Source: Octopus sinensis
Lineage: Eukaryota
Assembly (NCBI RefSeq): GCF_006345805.1
Contig: NW_021835990.1
Span: 366,824 to 430,823, forward strand
Length of the DNA stretch: 64,000 nt
Direction: 5' to 3'
The notes beneath the pieces were generated by a model, which saw only the letters and a program-made list of their open reading frames with translations, was not told the DNA's origin and did no database searches. The position numbers were made by a program, and so were the translations under genes. Positions within the stretch are counted from its first letter, which is position 1, and each line of letters opens with the position of its first letter. Below, piece by piece: positions 1-11,229 of the stretch.

Positions 1-1204
1 CTTTTGGTTTAATGTTTTGAATTTAAAGTTTCATTGGTATAAATGATTTAAAGTTTCATTTTGAGTGTAACACGACAAAACTATCTCTTCTACGTCTCCC
101 AGATATTGTCAGTCCACTATTTGAAAAACTACGCTCATCGTTGGCTTAAAAGTCTGCGCATCCACGATTACTTAAAATTATACTGAAAGAACTCATTGTG
201 GCAGAATAACTACTTTGTGTTTATAAATTAACACGTCGTCGCTAGAAATGCCTACAATAAAAGTAGCAATGTGTTCTCGGTCGAGGGATGTCTCATCTCC
301 CAATAAGAGGCCTCAAATAAACGATTTTTTGAATTTTGGGTCTACTTTACTGTTTCTAGTCAGCTTCATATCAATAATGACATAAAAATTAAATTTAAGG
401 GTTAAGGTCAATGTCCGGGGTTTATTACCTTGGTCCTGGTTTTGGGGAGATTATTGAAACAGTAGTCGATATCAATTGGAAAAGTTCTATATTCTTGCGG
501 GTGAAATTCCATTTTTGGAATTTTTGGAATAACTTATGAGCGTCTTGACTCCATTTGTTAATTTAGTTTTTCGAAAATATGATTCATGCCATATCTTTCC
601 AATTCATTACTTTTCCGGAGAACAATGTGGCCCCCATGAGTGAAATATATCCCTATCTTGCAAACAAGGAAAATTTAGCCAATATCTTAAAGTCCAGTAT
701 CCGGGTTGGTAGAGTCAGTTTCTCAGTGTATCATTCTAAAGCCAAGACCGTGTTGGTCTTGGAATTGTATTTTTGTTGTAAAAGTTTTCCGCACTTGGAA
801 TCTGGACTAGGAGTGGAAGGAGTGCTGCGCTGTTTATTGGAATAAAAAACATAAAGGACGTCACTCTGTTCCCCTGTTATTCTAATACCTTCCAATAACT
901 TTTGCTGAAGATATTTTGGAGTACTAAACAGATCGCGTGCGTTGTCAATAGTCAGAAATACGCGTCCAATTATACAACCAATCACTTATTTAGCAATCAA
1001 CACAAACATCATCAGGAAATCTGAGCATTATGAAGACTTTTAACTCACCCACTAGTTATAACAAAGAGAACGGAAACACCCCAGCTAAAAACCACGAAGA
1101 GCTTTTTCTAATTCCACGAGTTGTCCATATACCGCCTGAATGCTCTTTTACATTTTTGGTACCACTTTACAGATATAAAACTACAAAAATCCTCCACATG
1201 TTAC

Positions 1205-1600
1205 TCAATTATTATTATTATTTAAGCCAAACAAAATCACCGTCTTAACCATTAACTAACACGTTCAGGTGATTCCGACACTTCTCAACAGTCGAGTCAT
1301 CTTTTCACGATGTTCCGACCGTGACCCCACATACTTTCTGTATGTACGGTGAATGGTTTGTGGTCCATTTTCACGATCCCCCCCATTTGCCTCTACGAGA
1401 ATGGACAATTTCCCTATCGATATGGTCCTTCAGTAAGTTGATAGATCTTTCTTGAATTTTTTCGATTTTTAGCCGGTTCGTTGCCCCAAGCAGCACATGC
1501 ATAGCCTATTGTTGGCTCGATATACTGCTTGTAAAGGGTCTCTACCCCTGGCGGATAAGTTCTCCCACAGTTCCAAAGGAAGGCTTTTACAAAATTGATC
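1205..1600 (-). mobile_element. Degenerate 3' end of an APE-type LINE (CR1/L2/Jockey-like RT C-terminal region) with (TAA)n tail
   Basis: Minus-strand LYKQYIEPTIGYACAAW resembles the LYKxxVRPxLEYxxxxW motif downstream of LINE RT. Plus-strand attattattattta at about 1209-1222 is a TAA-repeat tail. Confidence 0.6.
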
Positions 1601-2218
1601 TTCTTTATACAGGTTGATACGATCGATTCTACGTGAGGTGAAAAACAGAGGAAAGTATCAAACGTTCCATACATCTGAGAATTTACCAAATCAATTCCAC
1701 TTAATATTTTACACAACAGTATATTTTGCACGCCTAACGTCGAATGTTCTAATGAAATGTGGAATCTTCCTAAATAAAGGATTAAATATATCACCCAATG
1801 GACATAGACGCTCCAAAAATAGTTGGGATAGACACTGATAAGCTTACTTCAGAATAACACGACAGACATTTAATTCTCAAATCAAGATAAATTAATTGTA
1901 GAAAACCAATAAGTTATATCACAGATTCGACGTTCTGAGCTGAAAGAATCAAAGTAAGTGATTTAACTTAGTTGAGGGTACCAGTTAAGAACAAGAAATT
2001 TACAGAAAGTTTACTCAGACATAATACACTAAGATCCCGATTTAGGTCAGACCCCGGGAAATTTTACAAACGTCGACATTCTTTAAAGTCACGTTGGATT
2101 TTGTTGTTTATTCAATGCAGATACCCAGGAACTACAATAATTCAAATGACGGACTTTAGAAAAGTTCAACTAAAATGGGGAATTAATCATTTATTTAGAA
2201 ACCACAGAAAATGGCTAT

Positions 2219-3757
2219 TTTTTTAGTAGTAAATCAATTTATTGAAAATATGAAAAAGATAACACGAGTTTATAAAGAGCCTGGAGGTCAGCTTAAAGAC
2301 GCCGCGCTGCGTATCGAGTGGCAGTTTCCGCGGAGCACCGCGACCGAAATTCGCTGGAAGAGCCAGCTCGTCTCCCTCCGGTCGTTGGTCTTCCTGGGAA
2401 TCCTCCTGGCAATGTCGGAAAGGAGGCGAGTCGCAGACCTGCCGACGATTCCAGATGTTTCGAAGGCAAGGAGGACAAACTCGTAAGACTCCGAAATACC
2501 TCCATACTTCGACCTCTTAGCCTCCTCAGCCTGAGCACTGGCAGAACCCGGGTTAGTGATGGACTTGAGTAACACCGACGCGGAGAACGAGTCAACACAA
2601 GTTGCGTCCCAAATCAGGGACTTGCCTTCCCTGAAAGGGAAGGTAGTCATCCCGTCAGGACGCTTTCCATCATCCCGACATAGACCGACTGGCTCTAGAG
2701 TGGAGGGGAAACCTGCCGACTCTAGTGCCCTTTTGACGACGTCATTGAGGTGAGTGTGGCGAGGAATTCTGCCAGCACTCTTCTTGCACGAGAGGGCGTG
2801 CAAACCGTTCGGAGAGATCGTGGACCCGCACCGGCATGGGTGGGGCTGACAGATGTCCAGACCCAAGCGTAAGCAAACACCAATCCGTAAGGATTCGTCG
2901 TCCAAAAGTAGTCCCGTACTAGGGGTAGGGAGTGCTTTGAGCCAGTTTCTCGTATGCGGCTGGCAAGCGCAGTTTAGAGATGCCAGTTGGGCTTGGTCCA
3001 ACTTTGACCGAAGTTTGCACAGAGTGTCTGAGCAAAAGATTTCGTCCCAGTTCTTTTGAACTGAAGGGATCGACGGAAAATCCAGACCGAGTGACAACCA
3101 AATACGGGAGGCTGATGAGAATTCGGAAAGCTCGTTGAGTTCGAGAGAGGGAAAAAGAACCGAGCAGACCGAATTCCTGGATGCCGGGGTCGAAGAGAGA
3201 TAGCAAGGCAAAGCTAGGTCCTTGCATGAGCGAATCCCGATCCCCCCGAAGCGTATAGGTAGGCTCGAATTTAGATGGAATATCAGCGAGGTGTGGATAA
3301 GATTGTCGATTGCGAGTAAGGAATCGGGAGCCACGAAACAAGGCGAAGAACGGAGGATGTAGTAAGCCTCGGGATGAAAAGGAAATTCCTCAGCAAGAAA
3401 AACGCCATGTGCGAGTCAAGCCCGCGGATCCGCTCGGTAAGCAGGTTGATTTCTTCCAATTTAGACGATAAGCTCTTTAAGATTCCATGTTCGTAAATTG
3501 GTGACCCCAGAATAACTAGATCGTTGGTAGGTGTGAGCCTTAGCCCAGCAATCAGACCGCGTAGGAAAGAAAATGTGTGAGAAAGAGCCGCCGAGGATAG
3601 CGAAATATTTACGAGTTCGCACTTACGACCATTTAAAGATAGACCGATCTCCGCGAAACCAGACGTGATTTTGTTAATGTCCTCCATAACGACATCCAAA
3701 GGTCCTCCAAAAGTAACGTCGTCCAAGTACCAAAAATTGACATTGGACGCAAGGTTG
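2219..3757 (-). mobile_element. 5'-truncated CRE-clade non-LTR retrotransposon (RT C-half, zinc knuckle, restriction-like endonuclease), frameshifted
   Basis: WYLDDVT..GLSLNGRKCE (RT, 3283-3729), then CRC..HALSC, RHTHLND, KRPDG, WDATCVD, KRSKY and FQRISVAVLRGN in ORF 2288-3334. Short poly(A) near 2219-2225. Confidence 0.9.
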
Positions 3758-3789
3758 CGTGCTATATGGTCAACAGCAATGGCATATGG

Positions 3790-4669
3790 TCAACGCAAAG
3801 AATATTGTCTATGGGTGTGAAGCAACCAATACGGACGGAGAGGTTTTTGAGAGTTTGTCTCGAAATCTCGGTTTTTCGATATGGACGTCCGAAGAGCTAA
3901 ACCACTATCCGGATAGAGGCAAACCGGATCGCCTTTTCTCTCCTCGGCGTCTATTACTCCACTCTGTGATCGTCAGACAATCGAGGTGGATGTAGGAAGT
4001 GATCACATCCCGCAATCATTGAGGCTAAGGACGAAAATAAATCTGACAGAGGACGTGTTTATTGGATATAATCTGTCGAATGTGGATTGGATCTATTTGA
4101 GTACTCTATTCGCTTGGCATTTAATACTACCGTGCTCCGTTCTGTTCGGACCATGGAGGATATCGACGACCTATCTAAGGTCATCAATTGTCAAATTCTT
4201 GGAAATATTTACGGAAAAGAGAGTATTGAGAGCATCGGGCCCTTGTTTCCGCCTAACAGACAAAAAACTGTCGATGCTTATAACGAAGAAGGGCACTCTT
4301 CAGAATCGCAAGAGGAGGTGTTCCAACGTGGGGGTCAGAAATCAGTTAAAAGTTGAAATCAACCATCTCAAGACGATGATAGTAGAAATTGGCAAAAAGA
4401 AAATAGAAAAATCATGGAGAAAGGAACGCCGAATGCTGGATAAAAGAAATCCGAAGTTTTGGAAGGCGTATCAGCGCCTGAACAACGCGGAAGGGAAAGG
4501 CGACAATATTGTGTTAAAGGGGCAAGATGGAAAGTATATCCCCTCCGATCTTGTCCCGGATGAACTAAGAAGGCAGCTGGGTAGAACCCAAGAAGTCGAA
4601 CCTGAATCAATTATTCCACAAAAGACCTTTGAGAAAGTCACTAAAGCCTTTCAATTCTTATATTTATAA
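3790..4669 (+). mobile_element. LINE ORF2 fragment (end of APE endonuclease plus linker)
   Basis: NAKNIVYG..TNTDGEV, HYPDRGKPD and GSDHIP are APE motifs; KFWKAYQRL is the pre-RT linker. Broken by frameshifts. Confidence 0.7.
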
Positions 4670-4769
4670 AAAGCCTTCCGATTTTAACAAAAGCTATAAC
4701 TATTTGTAAAAAAATATTTCATAAAATATAATTAAATATTTTTCCTCCAAATTATTTTTTTCAAAATGT

Positions 4770-5320
4770 TGCAGCAGGCGTACAGGAAGCATTTGTAAAG
4801 GAAACTTGTTTGAACGTATTCGGCATCAACTTTCTTCAGAGTTTACTTGCCTTAATATAGTAGAAATTTTAGCTTAACAAAAGATATCAAAAATAATTAA
4901 TAAAAGTAAATTATCATGAAGTCTACAAGTTGATTGATTGTCAAAGGCGTTTGTTGTAAAAAACAATTATCGAAGACACTGGTTTAAAGAAATTGAGTAC
5001 CTACCAGAACCAATAGTTACGAGATGGGGGAGCTAGTTTAAAGCTGTTTCTTACTATGCTCTGGCCAAAAGAAGTTTTTTATTTCTGGCTAATCTTATAC
5101 CCATGTATTGCAGGAGCACTAATTTCACCAATAAACATCAATGGAGTATTGGAGGCAACTAACAAACTGAAAACCAGGGACAAGATTATACCCAACTTGA
5201 ACTAATAAACTACCCGTCAATGAAGCTTGCTGAAACCATTGCATACATCTTGTTAATTCCACTACATTAACCCGGAAAATCAGAAAGGGCACTTACTCAA
5301 CTTAAGAGCTATTATCCTAC
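4770..5320 (+). mobile_element. Degenerate hAT transposase remnants
   Basis: PEPIVTRWGS..AVSYY at about 5005-5060 matches PPDVIITRWGSWLQAAYYY of the hAT at 31.5-33.2 kb. SERALTQLK at about 5280-5310 resembles the hAT dimerisation motif. Confidence 0.5.
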
Positions 5321-5861
5321 TAACGACTCTCCTGAAAGTATTGTCATTCGAGACGATAAAAACCAAGGTGGAAATTTTCTATCGCCAGGGCAAAGTGGGT
5401 TTAGACCTGGCATATCCACTGGTGATGTCATCTGGACACACAGATGGACCTTTGCCTTATGTCAAAAATACAAACGATGCATCGAGATACTTGGAATGTG
5501 CAGAGCACAGAGAGGAATTGACATGTAATACTTTTGAGTATTTTTAACAAATTGAAGTAAGTTATTTGTGATTCTATATAACATATGTGGCAGACCTTCC
5601 ACTTCTGAACCCATTTTTCTTATCAACTGTGATATGTCGCCGTCAAGGTTGCGACGCAGATCGGTTACGTTCAAAATTTTTAATACAAATTACCTTTCTA
5701 AAGTTATTTTGTTCTGTTCATTACTTTGTTTGATTTTAATAATTTTTTCTGCAAAAATTTTAAAGTTTCTGATTTTGTTGAAGAAAAACAGAACCAACTC
5801 AAAAATATTAGCAATTAAAATTTTGTTACTTGGTTAAAATGTATCCTTTGATTTTTGCTTG

Positions 5862-6079
5862 ACTGATTTATAATATTTTAGGGAATTTGTTAATGTATTC
5901 TAGAGATTTTATCAATAAACTGCATAATTCCAGTCCTCTTCTAGAAGGGTCCTTATGGATAGGCCATTAGCATACATTGTAGTAGCCTATAAAGAAACTA
6001 AGGTCTAGGAACGTCTGACTCCAGTTTTGAATGCAAAAACGTTCATAAAACATCAAAATTGATATATAACAATATTTTT
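5862..6079 (+). repeat. About 218-bp dispersed repeat; inverted copy at 22742-22959
   Basis: Direct sequence comparison shows a near-identical reverse complement. Confidence 0.9.
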
Positions 6080-6151
6080 ATAAACATTGTATTGACATTT
6101 TAAGAAAATAAATCTATGATCACTTGTGTGAAGAACTAGTCAAGATAATCC

Positions 6152-6770
6152 ATGGTGAATACACACCGGATGAGTGGTTCTATACTGGAATCACATACCC
6201 AAGGATCCAAAGATTTGAGACCAATTACTTGTATGTCTAACTTATATAAACTTGCAACGAAATGTGTTAACAGGAAGTCGGGAGATTATATTGAGGCATA
6301 TAATCTGATTGCCAATAATCAATTAGGAACTCGGCAAATGTGTCAAGGGGCAAAGGAACAAGCAATTCTTAACCGGTGCATTCACAAGCAAAACGGAAAT
6401 AATTTGTTTTCTACCTGGATTGATGTAAAAAAGCGTTCGATTTGGTAGATCACGACTTTCTGTTCCAGGTGCTTGAAAACTCCGGACTCCCTAGCTGGAT
6501 TGTGAATTTTGTGAAGAACCTTGTAACGAAGTGGAGAATAAAGCTAATTCTGAATCATAATGAAATCGGAGAGGTAAAATTGAAAAGAGGCATACTCCAG
6601 GGTGATTCCTTGTCACCTTATATCTTTACCCTGGTGATGGATCCTCTTAGTAGAATTCTGAATGCTAAGTACCCAAAAGTGATGATTGATAACCAAGATC
6701 AGGATTGTATTACATATACAACAAATCACTTACTGTTTATGGATGATCTAAAAATATTGAAATGTGTACA
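6152..6770 (+). mobile_element. R4/Dong-like (RLE-type) non-LTR reverse transcriptase fragment
   Basis: DLRPITCMSNLYK, WIDVKK(AF)DSVDH across a frameshift, RGILQGDSLSP, HLLFMDDLK. Confidence 0.85.
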
Positions 6771-6849
6771 TCTACATCTATGCAGGGAAAAATATTGGGA
6801 ATGAACTTAAGTATGTTTTGCAAATGGTCGTAAAATTTATCAATTATAT

Positions 6850-7560
6850 CTACTCTGTTTCGTCTATATAACTGTCCATTTTTGTTCTTTACAATTCTAA
6901 GGTACCCATCTTCCCCCAAACACGACCCCAACTATTTTTATATTTAATTTCTATGCCGGTTTTTTATGAGCCAGTATTCTTTTCCATTATCTACCCCATA
7001 TCCAACGAGACACGCTGCATGTACGCTGTTACATCCAGGATCATCAAAAATTCCTATAATGTTATACAATTATACCTCCTGAATACGAATACAAATATTT
7101 CGATATACAAATTGTAATTCCGAAAGGACCAATTTTCAGTAAAGTTCTTAATGCCAAAAAATGGTAAATATTGACATAATCTGTGACTACTATTGGATTG
7201 TTTTTATATCTGCATTCTTTTTTCTATTACAAAGTACAGTTTTATAAACCATTCCAAGATAAGGGTACTGTTCAGTTGTGCTGATTCCCCCATTTTGAAT
7301 GATATATTCATAAGCGTAATACTGGGATCCGCTTTTACATCGACAATATTCACAGCAATCAAGCACGTTTTGTTCACTAAAACTAACCAACTTGTCATGC
7401 TTAATCGCATATTGATCTTCAAGACTGGCAATCTGAAGAGTAATTATTTATTTACCAACCGCGCTGAATATATAACATGATTCACAATTATGCTGATTTT
7501 TGACATTTGTAACTACATTTTTATCTCCAGTCAAAAAATAATGAAAATCCTTTTCATTTT
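6850..7560 (-). pseudogene. Cathepsin L-like cysteine protease, frameshifted mature domain with micro-introns
   Basis: DWR/(frameshift)/VVTNVKNQHNCESCYIFSA, LVSFSEQNVLDC, VHAACLVGYG, YWLIKN, WG..GEDGYLRI. Confidence 0.8.
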
Positions 7561-7690
7561 CTGAGAAAAAAGATGTTCCGTAGTCACTTGTGTCAAAATA
7601 ATTTAATTTGTGTAGCTTTGGAAGTTCATCCTCAGTCTGGGAATATTTCTAACACAAAACAACCATATCTGCGAACGAGTTTATTTCTAG

Positions 7691-8085
7691 TTTTTTTTGT
7701 TAATTAACAATAATTGATTAAAAGACAACGAAAAACGTTAAGTCCCAGCGGCAAGGACGCAGTGTGCGTTGCCTCGAACAATGGCCAGGCCGATGCGCTG
7801 GCGGAACCAGAGGCCCTCTCTCGTGTCCTTGAGCCTCCTCCCGATGGACTACCCGACCTCTTTGAGGAACGAGTCAGTCTCCTTTCCCGCAGCACCAGCG
7901 GTCTCCAGGTGCGATTGCCGTAACACGGTAGCGGTTCGCGAGCGAAGAATATTTTTGTAGTTTCATCTTTTCGGCGTGGTTTGCAGCCGAACAAGGGTTT
8001 GCGGCGGAAGAATGGATCCTCGATTTTGAAAAGGTATCCACAACGGTAACATCCCATACGAGGGCCTTCCCCGACGAGTACGGGA
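7691..8085 (-). mobile_element. CRE-clade 3' fragment (endonuclease domain) with short poly(A)
   Basis: Frame not in the ORF track: IFPYSSGKALVWDVTVVDTF..KLQKY..(frameshift)ETAG..WFRQRIGLAIVRGNA. Confidence 0.85.
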
Positions 8086-8438
8086 ATATCTAGTTGGAAG
8101 GAAATGGCATTTCTTTTAAATTTCAAATTGTGTCTATCAATCAAAGCCAAATTATTTTGAAACTCTGTCTGATTGTATTTTTGTCGCTAAAAATTGTATA
8201 TTTTAAATGCCAACCAAATTTTTTAGTGAACTCTTCCCATCGCTGATTACTTTTTGTGCCATATAAACTAGTTAATTTTTTTCTTTTTTTTTCCCAGAAA
8301 TCTATTTCGGATTTGTAGTGATCAAAATAAGAATTGTCGCGATCAAAATCAGAAAAGATAAAAACAACATTTTTAAATTTGATTAAAAAATTAAAAGAAC
8401 AATTATTCATTAATTGTTTCTATTCTTACATACAAATA

Positions 8439-10261
8439 CAGTGAATCCTCGCAAATTGGCCACCTCGCAAATTGGCCAATTTTTAAATTGGCCAATTTTT
8501 TCACAATTTACTAAGAAAAAAATTAATTTTCTTAGTAAATTGGCCAATTCTCAAATTGGCCACAATTTTTGAATTATTATTTTTTTTAATTAGAAAATAA
8601 ACTATTTTTTTAATCACATGTCTTATAAAATTTCTCGTGGACGTTATACTCGGCTCACTTTTCTTGAAAAAACACAAATTATAAACTACAAGGAAGAAAA
8701 TGACAGTGTTTCGTGTCAGCTTCTGGCTGACAGATTCTCACATTTATTCCACAAGACGATCTCGAGAAAGACGATCAATAATCTACTGCTTAATAAAGAC
8801 TCTATTTTACGGGATTCGAAAATCTATCAAAATTCGTATAAAGCTGCTCACAAACCAAAATTTCCTACGCTTGAAGAAAAATTGATCGAATGGATGGATA
8901 CAATAGAGTCTAAAGGTATTAATTGAAAACCAATTTTTAGGTGGTTTTTTGAATGATTCCTTAATATCGTGTAAGGCTGCGCATTTTGCCGAAGAGCTAC
9001 AACTTAGTAACTTTAAAAATTCTAATGGATTTCTGGCAAAATTCAAAAAGAGACACGGTTTTAGAATGCTAAAATTACATGGAGAGATGCGAACAGATAA
9101 AGTAGTTGACATTAATTCTTTTCGTGAAGAATTTAAAGAAATTTCTAAATCGTATAAGCCTGATCTAATTTATAATTTGGATGAAACTGCATTATACTAC
9201 AAGCTTATTCCATCGAAAAGCGTATGCAGAAACCGATTCCAAGGATACAAAAATTTTAAAGACCGTGTGTCTATTATGCTTTGTTCAAACATGACCGGAA
9301 GTCATAAATTGAAACCTGTGATGATTGGAAAACCAAAAATGCCTAGATGTTTTAAAAATTTTGACTATGGATGTCTTGTCTCATATTATAGCTCACAGAA
9401 AGCTTGGATGACTGGATCTATTTTTATTGATTGGATTATTAGCTTTGATCTCCAGCTTAAAATTAAAAAGAAGAAAATTTTATTGCTAATAGACCACTGT
9501 CCTGCACATTCTATTCCTCAAAACTTGGATTGTATTAAGATTTTATTTTTTCCTAAAAATTCTACTGGATTACTACAACCAATGGATATTGGAATTATAA
9601 AAACCTTCAAGACTCATTTCATGAGAAGAAAGCTACAGTACTTAACTGATTTGCTGGAGACTGAAAATATTTCTGTATACAATTCATACAAAAAATTGAC
9701 ATTAAAAGATGCAATTTTGTTTGTTAATATGGCTTGGGATGACGTATCTACTGAAACTATTCAAAATTGTTTTAAGATTTTAAATGAATCTAATCACGAA
9801 AATACATTAATTGAACATTATGAGACTGAAATTGAAAGAACTGACATTTTCGATCCTCTAATGAGCGAAGATTTTCTAAATATCGAAAACACAGAAGATC
9901 AAGATATAAACGAAAATTGTTTACAAGAGGATCAAGAGTCTGAAATTAGCGACGAAGAGACAAAAATCATATATCCACTCGATAGAAAAGATATTGCAAA
10001 GACATTAACTAGAATAGAAAGGCAACTTTACTGTAATGCAGAAAATGAGAATGATGTTTCGCTGATTACTGCAATAAGAAAATACAAAGAAAATGTAAAA
10101 AGAGCAAATAAAAAGGAATTAGGGATTGAATTTTATTTTAATAAAATTTAAACGTGTTTATTTTATTTTTTAAATATTGATTTTTTTCAAATTGGCCATT
10201 TTCTCAAATTGGCCATAAAATCTCTATGTACCAAAAATGGCCAATTTGCGAGGATTCACTG
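8439..10261 (+). mobile_element. Full-length pogo/Tigger DNA transposon
   Basis: Perfect 24-bp TIRs CAGTGAATCCTCGCAAATTGGCCA (8439-8462 and 10238-10261), TA on both flanks, subterminal AAATTGGCCA repeats. Confidence 0.95.
8618..10151 (+). CDS. pogo transposase (CENP-B-like HTH plus DD30D), 502 aa after removing a 25-nt intron (8916-8940)
   Basis: Splicing gtattaattgaaaaccaatttttag joins ORFs 8618 and 8949 in frame (ESK-GGFLNDS). Motifs YNLDETAL, LIDHCPAH, LQPMDIG. Confidence 0.92.
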
Positions 10262-10899
10262 TATAAGCACGAAGAATCACAATTTTCTTAGGTTAGACTT
10301 GTAAAATATCTTTTCTACATACAATTTAAAAAATTAATTAATAAAGCAGCCGAAATACATTTTCTCATTTTGAATGCTACAAATTTGAAAAAACATCAAA
10401 AATTAAATAAATATAAGTTGGAATTTAATCAAATTTATTTCAAAATTGGGTTTTTCTGAAAAGTACATAGTCGAGATTAATGAAAAGTTACTTTAACTAG
10501 TTTTTAATTAAAGTATTAAAGAGATAACGGCAAAAAATTTGAAATTATCTGGAAAGATTCCCAGTAAAACTCTTCTAAACAACCTGCTAATCTGAAGATG
10601 GGAATCGAAATCGTCCCGTATTCCATGTACCAACATCTCAGCCTAAATACGATGCTAGTCCCCTTTAAAAGGAATTTTATATCAATTCTTTGAGCGTTTC
10701 TCAGATTTAATTAAAACACTTAATAAAAATTTTAAAAATGGTTTTTATAAAAAGTTTGTTAGATCAATTTTTGTAATTAAGTCAATTTTAAATAAAACTA
10801 AGAACAAAATTAAAAAGTCCAGATACTTTTTTTTTATAAATTATGTTAGTTGCCCGTAACTTGCAAAAACAATTTTTATGAACAAACAAAAAAAACACA

Positions 10900-11090
10900 A
10901 GGAAACAAAGAAGCATTTTTTACAAAAAATTATATATCCACAAATACAAGACAATTGATAATTGTTCTTCCAAGTTATTGTTACAAAAATTTTGCGACAG
11001 ACTTAACGGAACCATTTGTATCTGCAAACATTCCACTTTGTAAATTGAGGAATGAAGCAAATATCAGCTTGTCAAAGAAATTTACAAGAT
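10900..11090 (+). mobile_element. hAT (CGGBP1-like) transposase N-terminal remnant
   Basis: FATDLTEPFVSANIPLCKLRN resembles the DL..F..ANIPL.KL.N segment of this hAT group. Confidence 0.45.
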
Positions 11091-11229
11091 TGATTTCTCT
11101 TCAAATTTTTCTATCATCAGTAAAATTATTAATGACACTATTGGAAATAAAAAGCCAAAAAGGTTAAAAATCAACAACAGGAGTAGCACTAGCAGTCTGC
11201 AAAGAATACTTCATTTTAGCCGGATAGTT

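Noticed and set aside
1760-2226. Linking this and the other R4-like pieces (6152, 49800, 56761) into one scrambled element
   Set aside because: Family identity of the pieces cannot be established by eye; independent remnants are equally likely.
2293-2753. ORFs 2293-2598, 2318-2572, 2556-2753 and 7704-8150 as genes
   Set aside because: Alternative-frame or antisense shadows of GC-rich CRE coding sequence.
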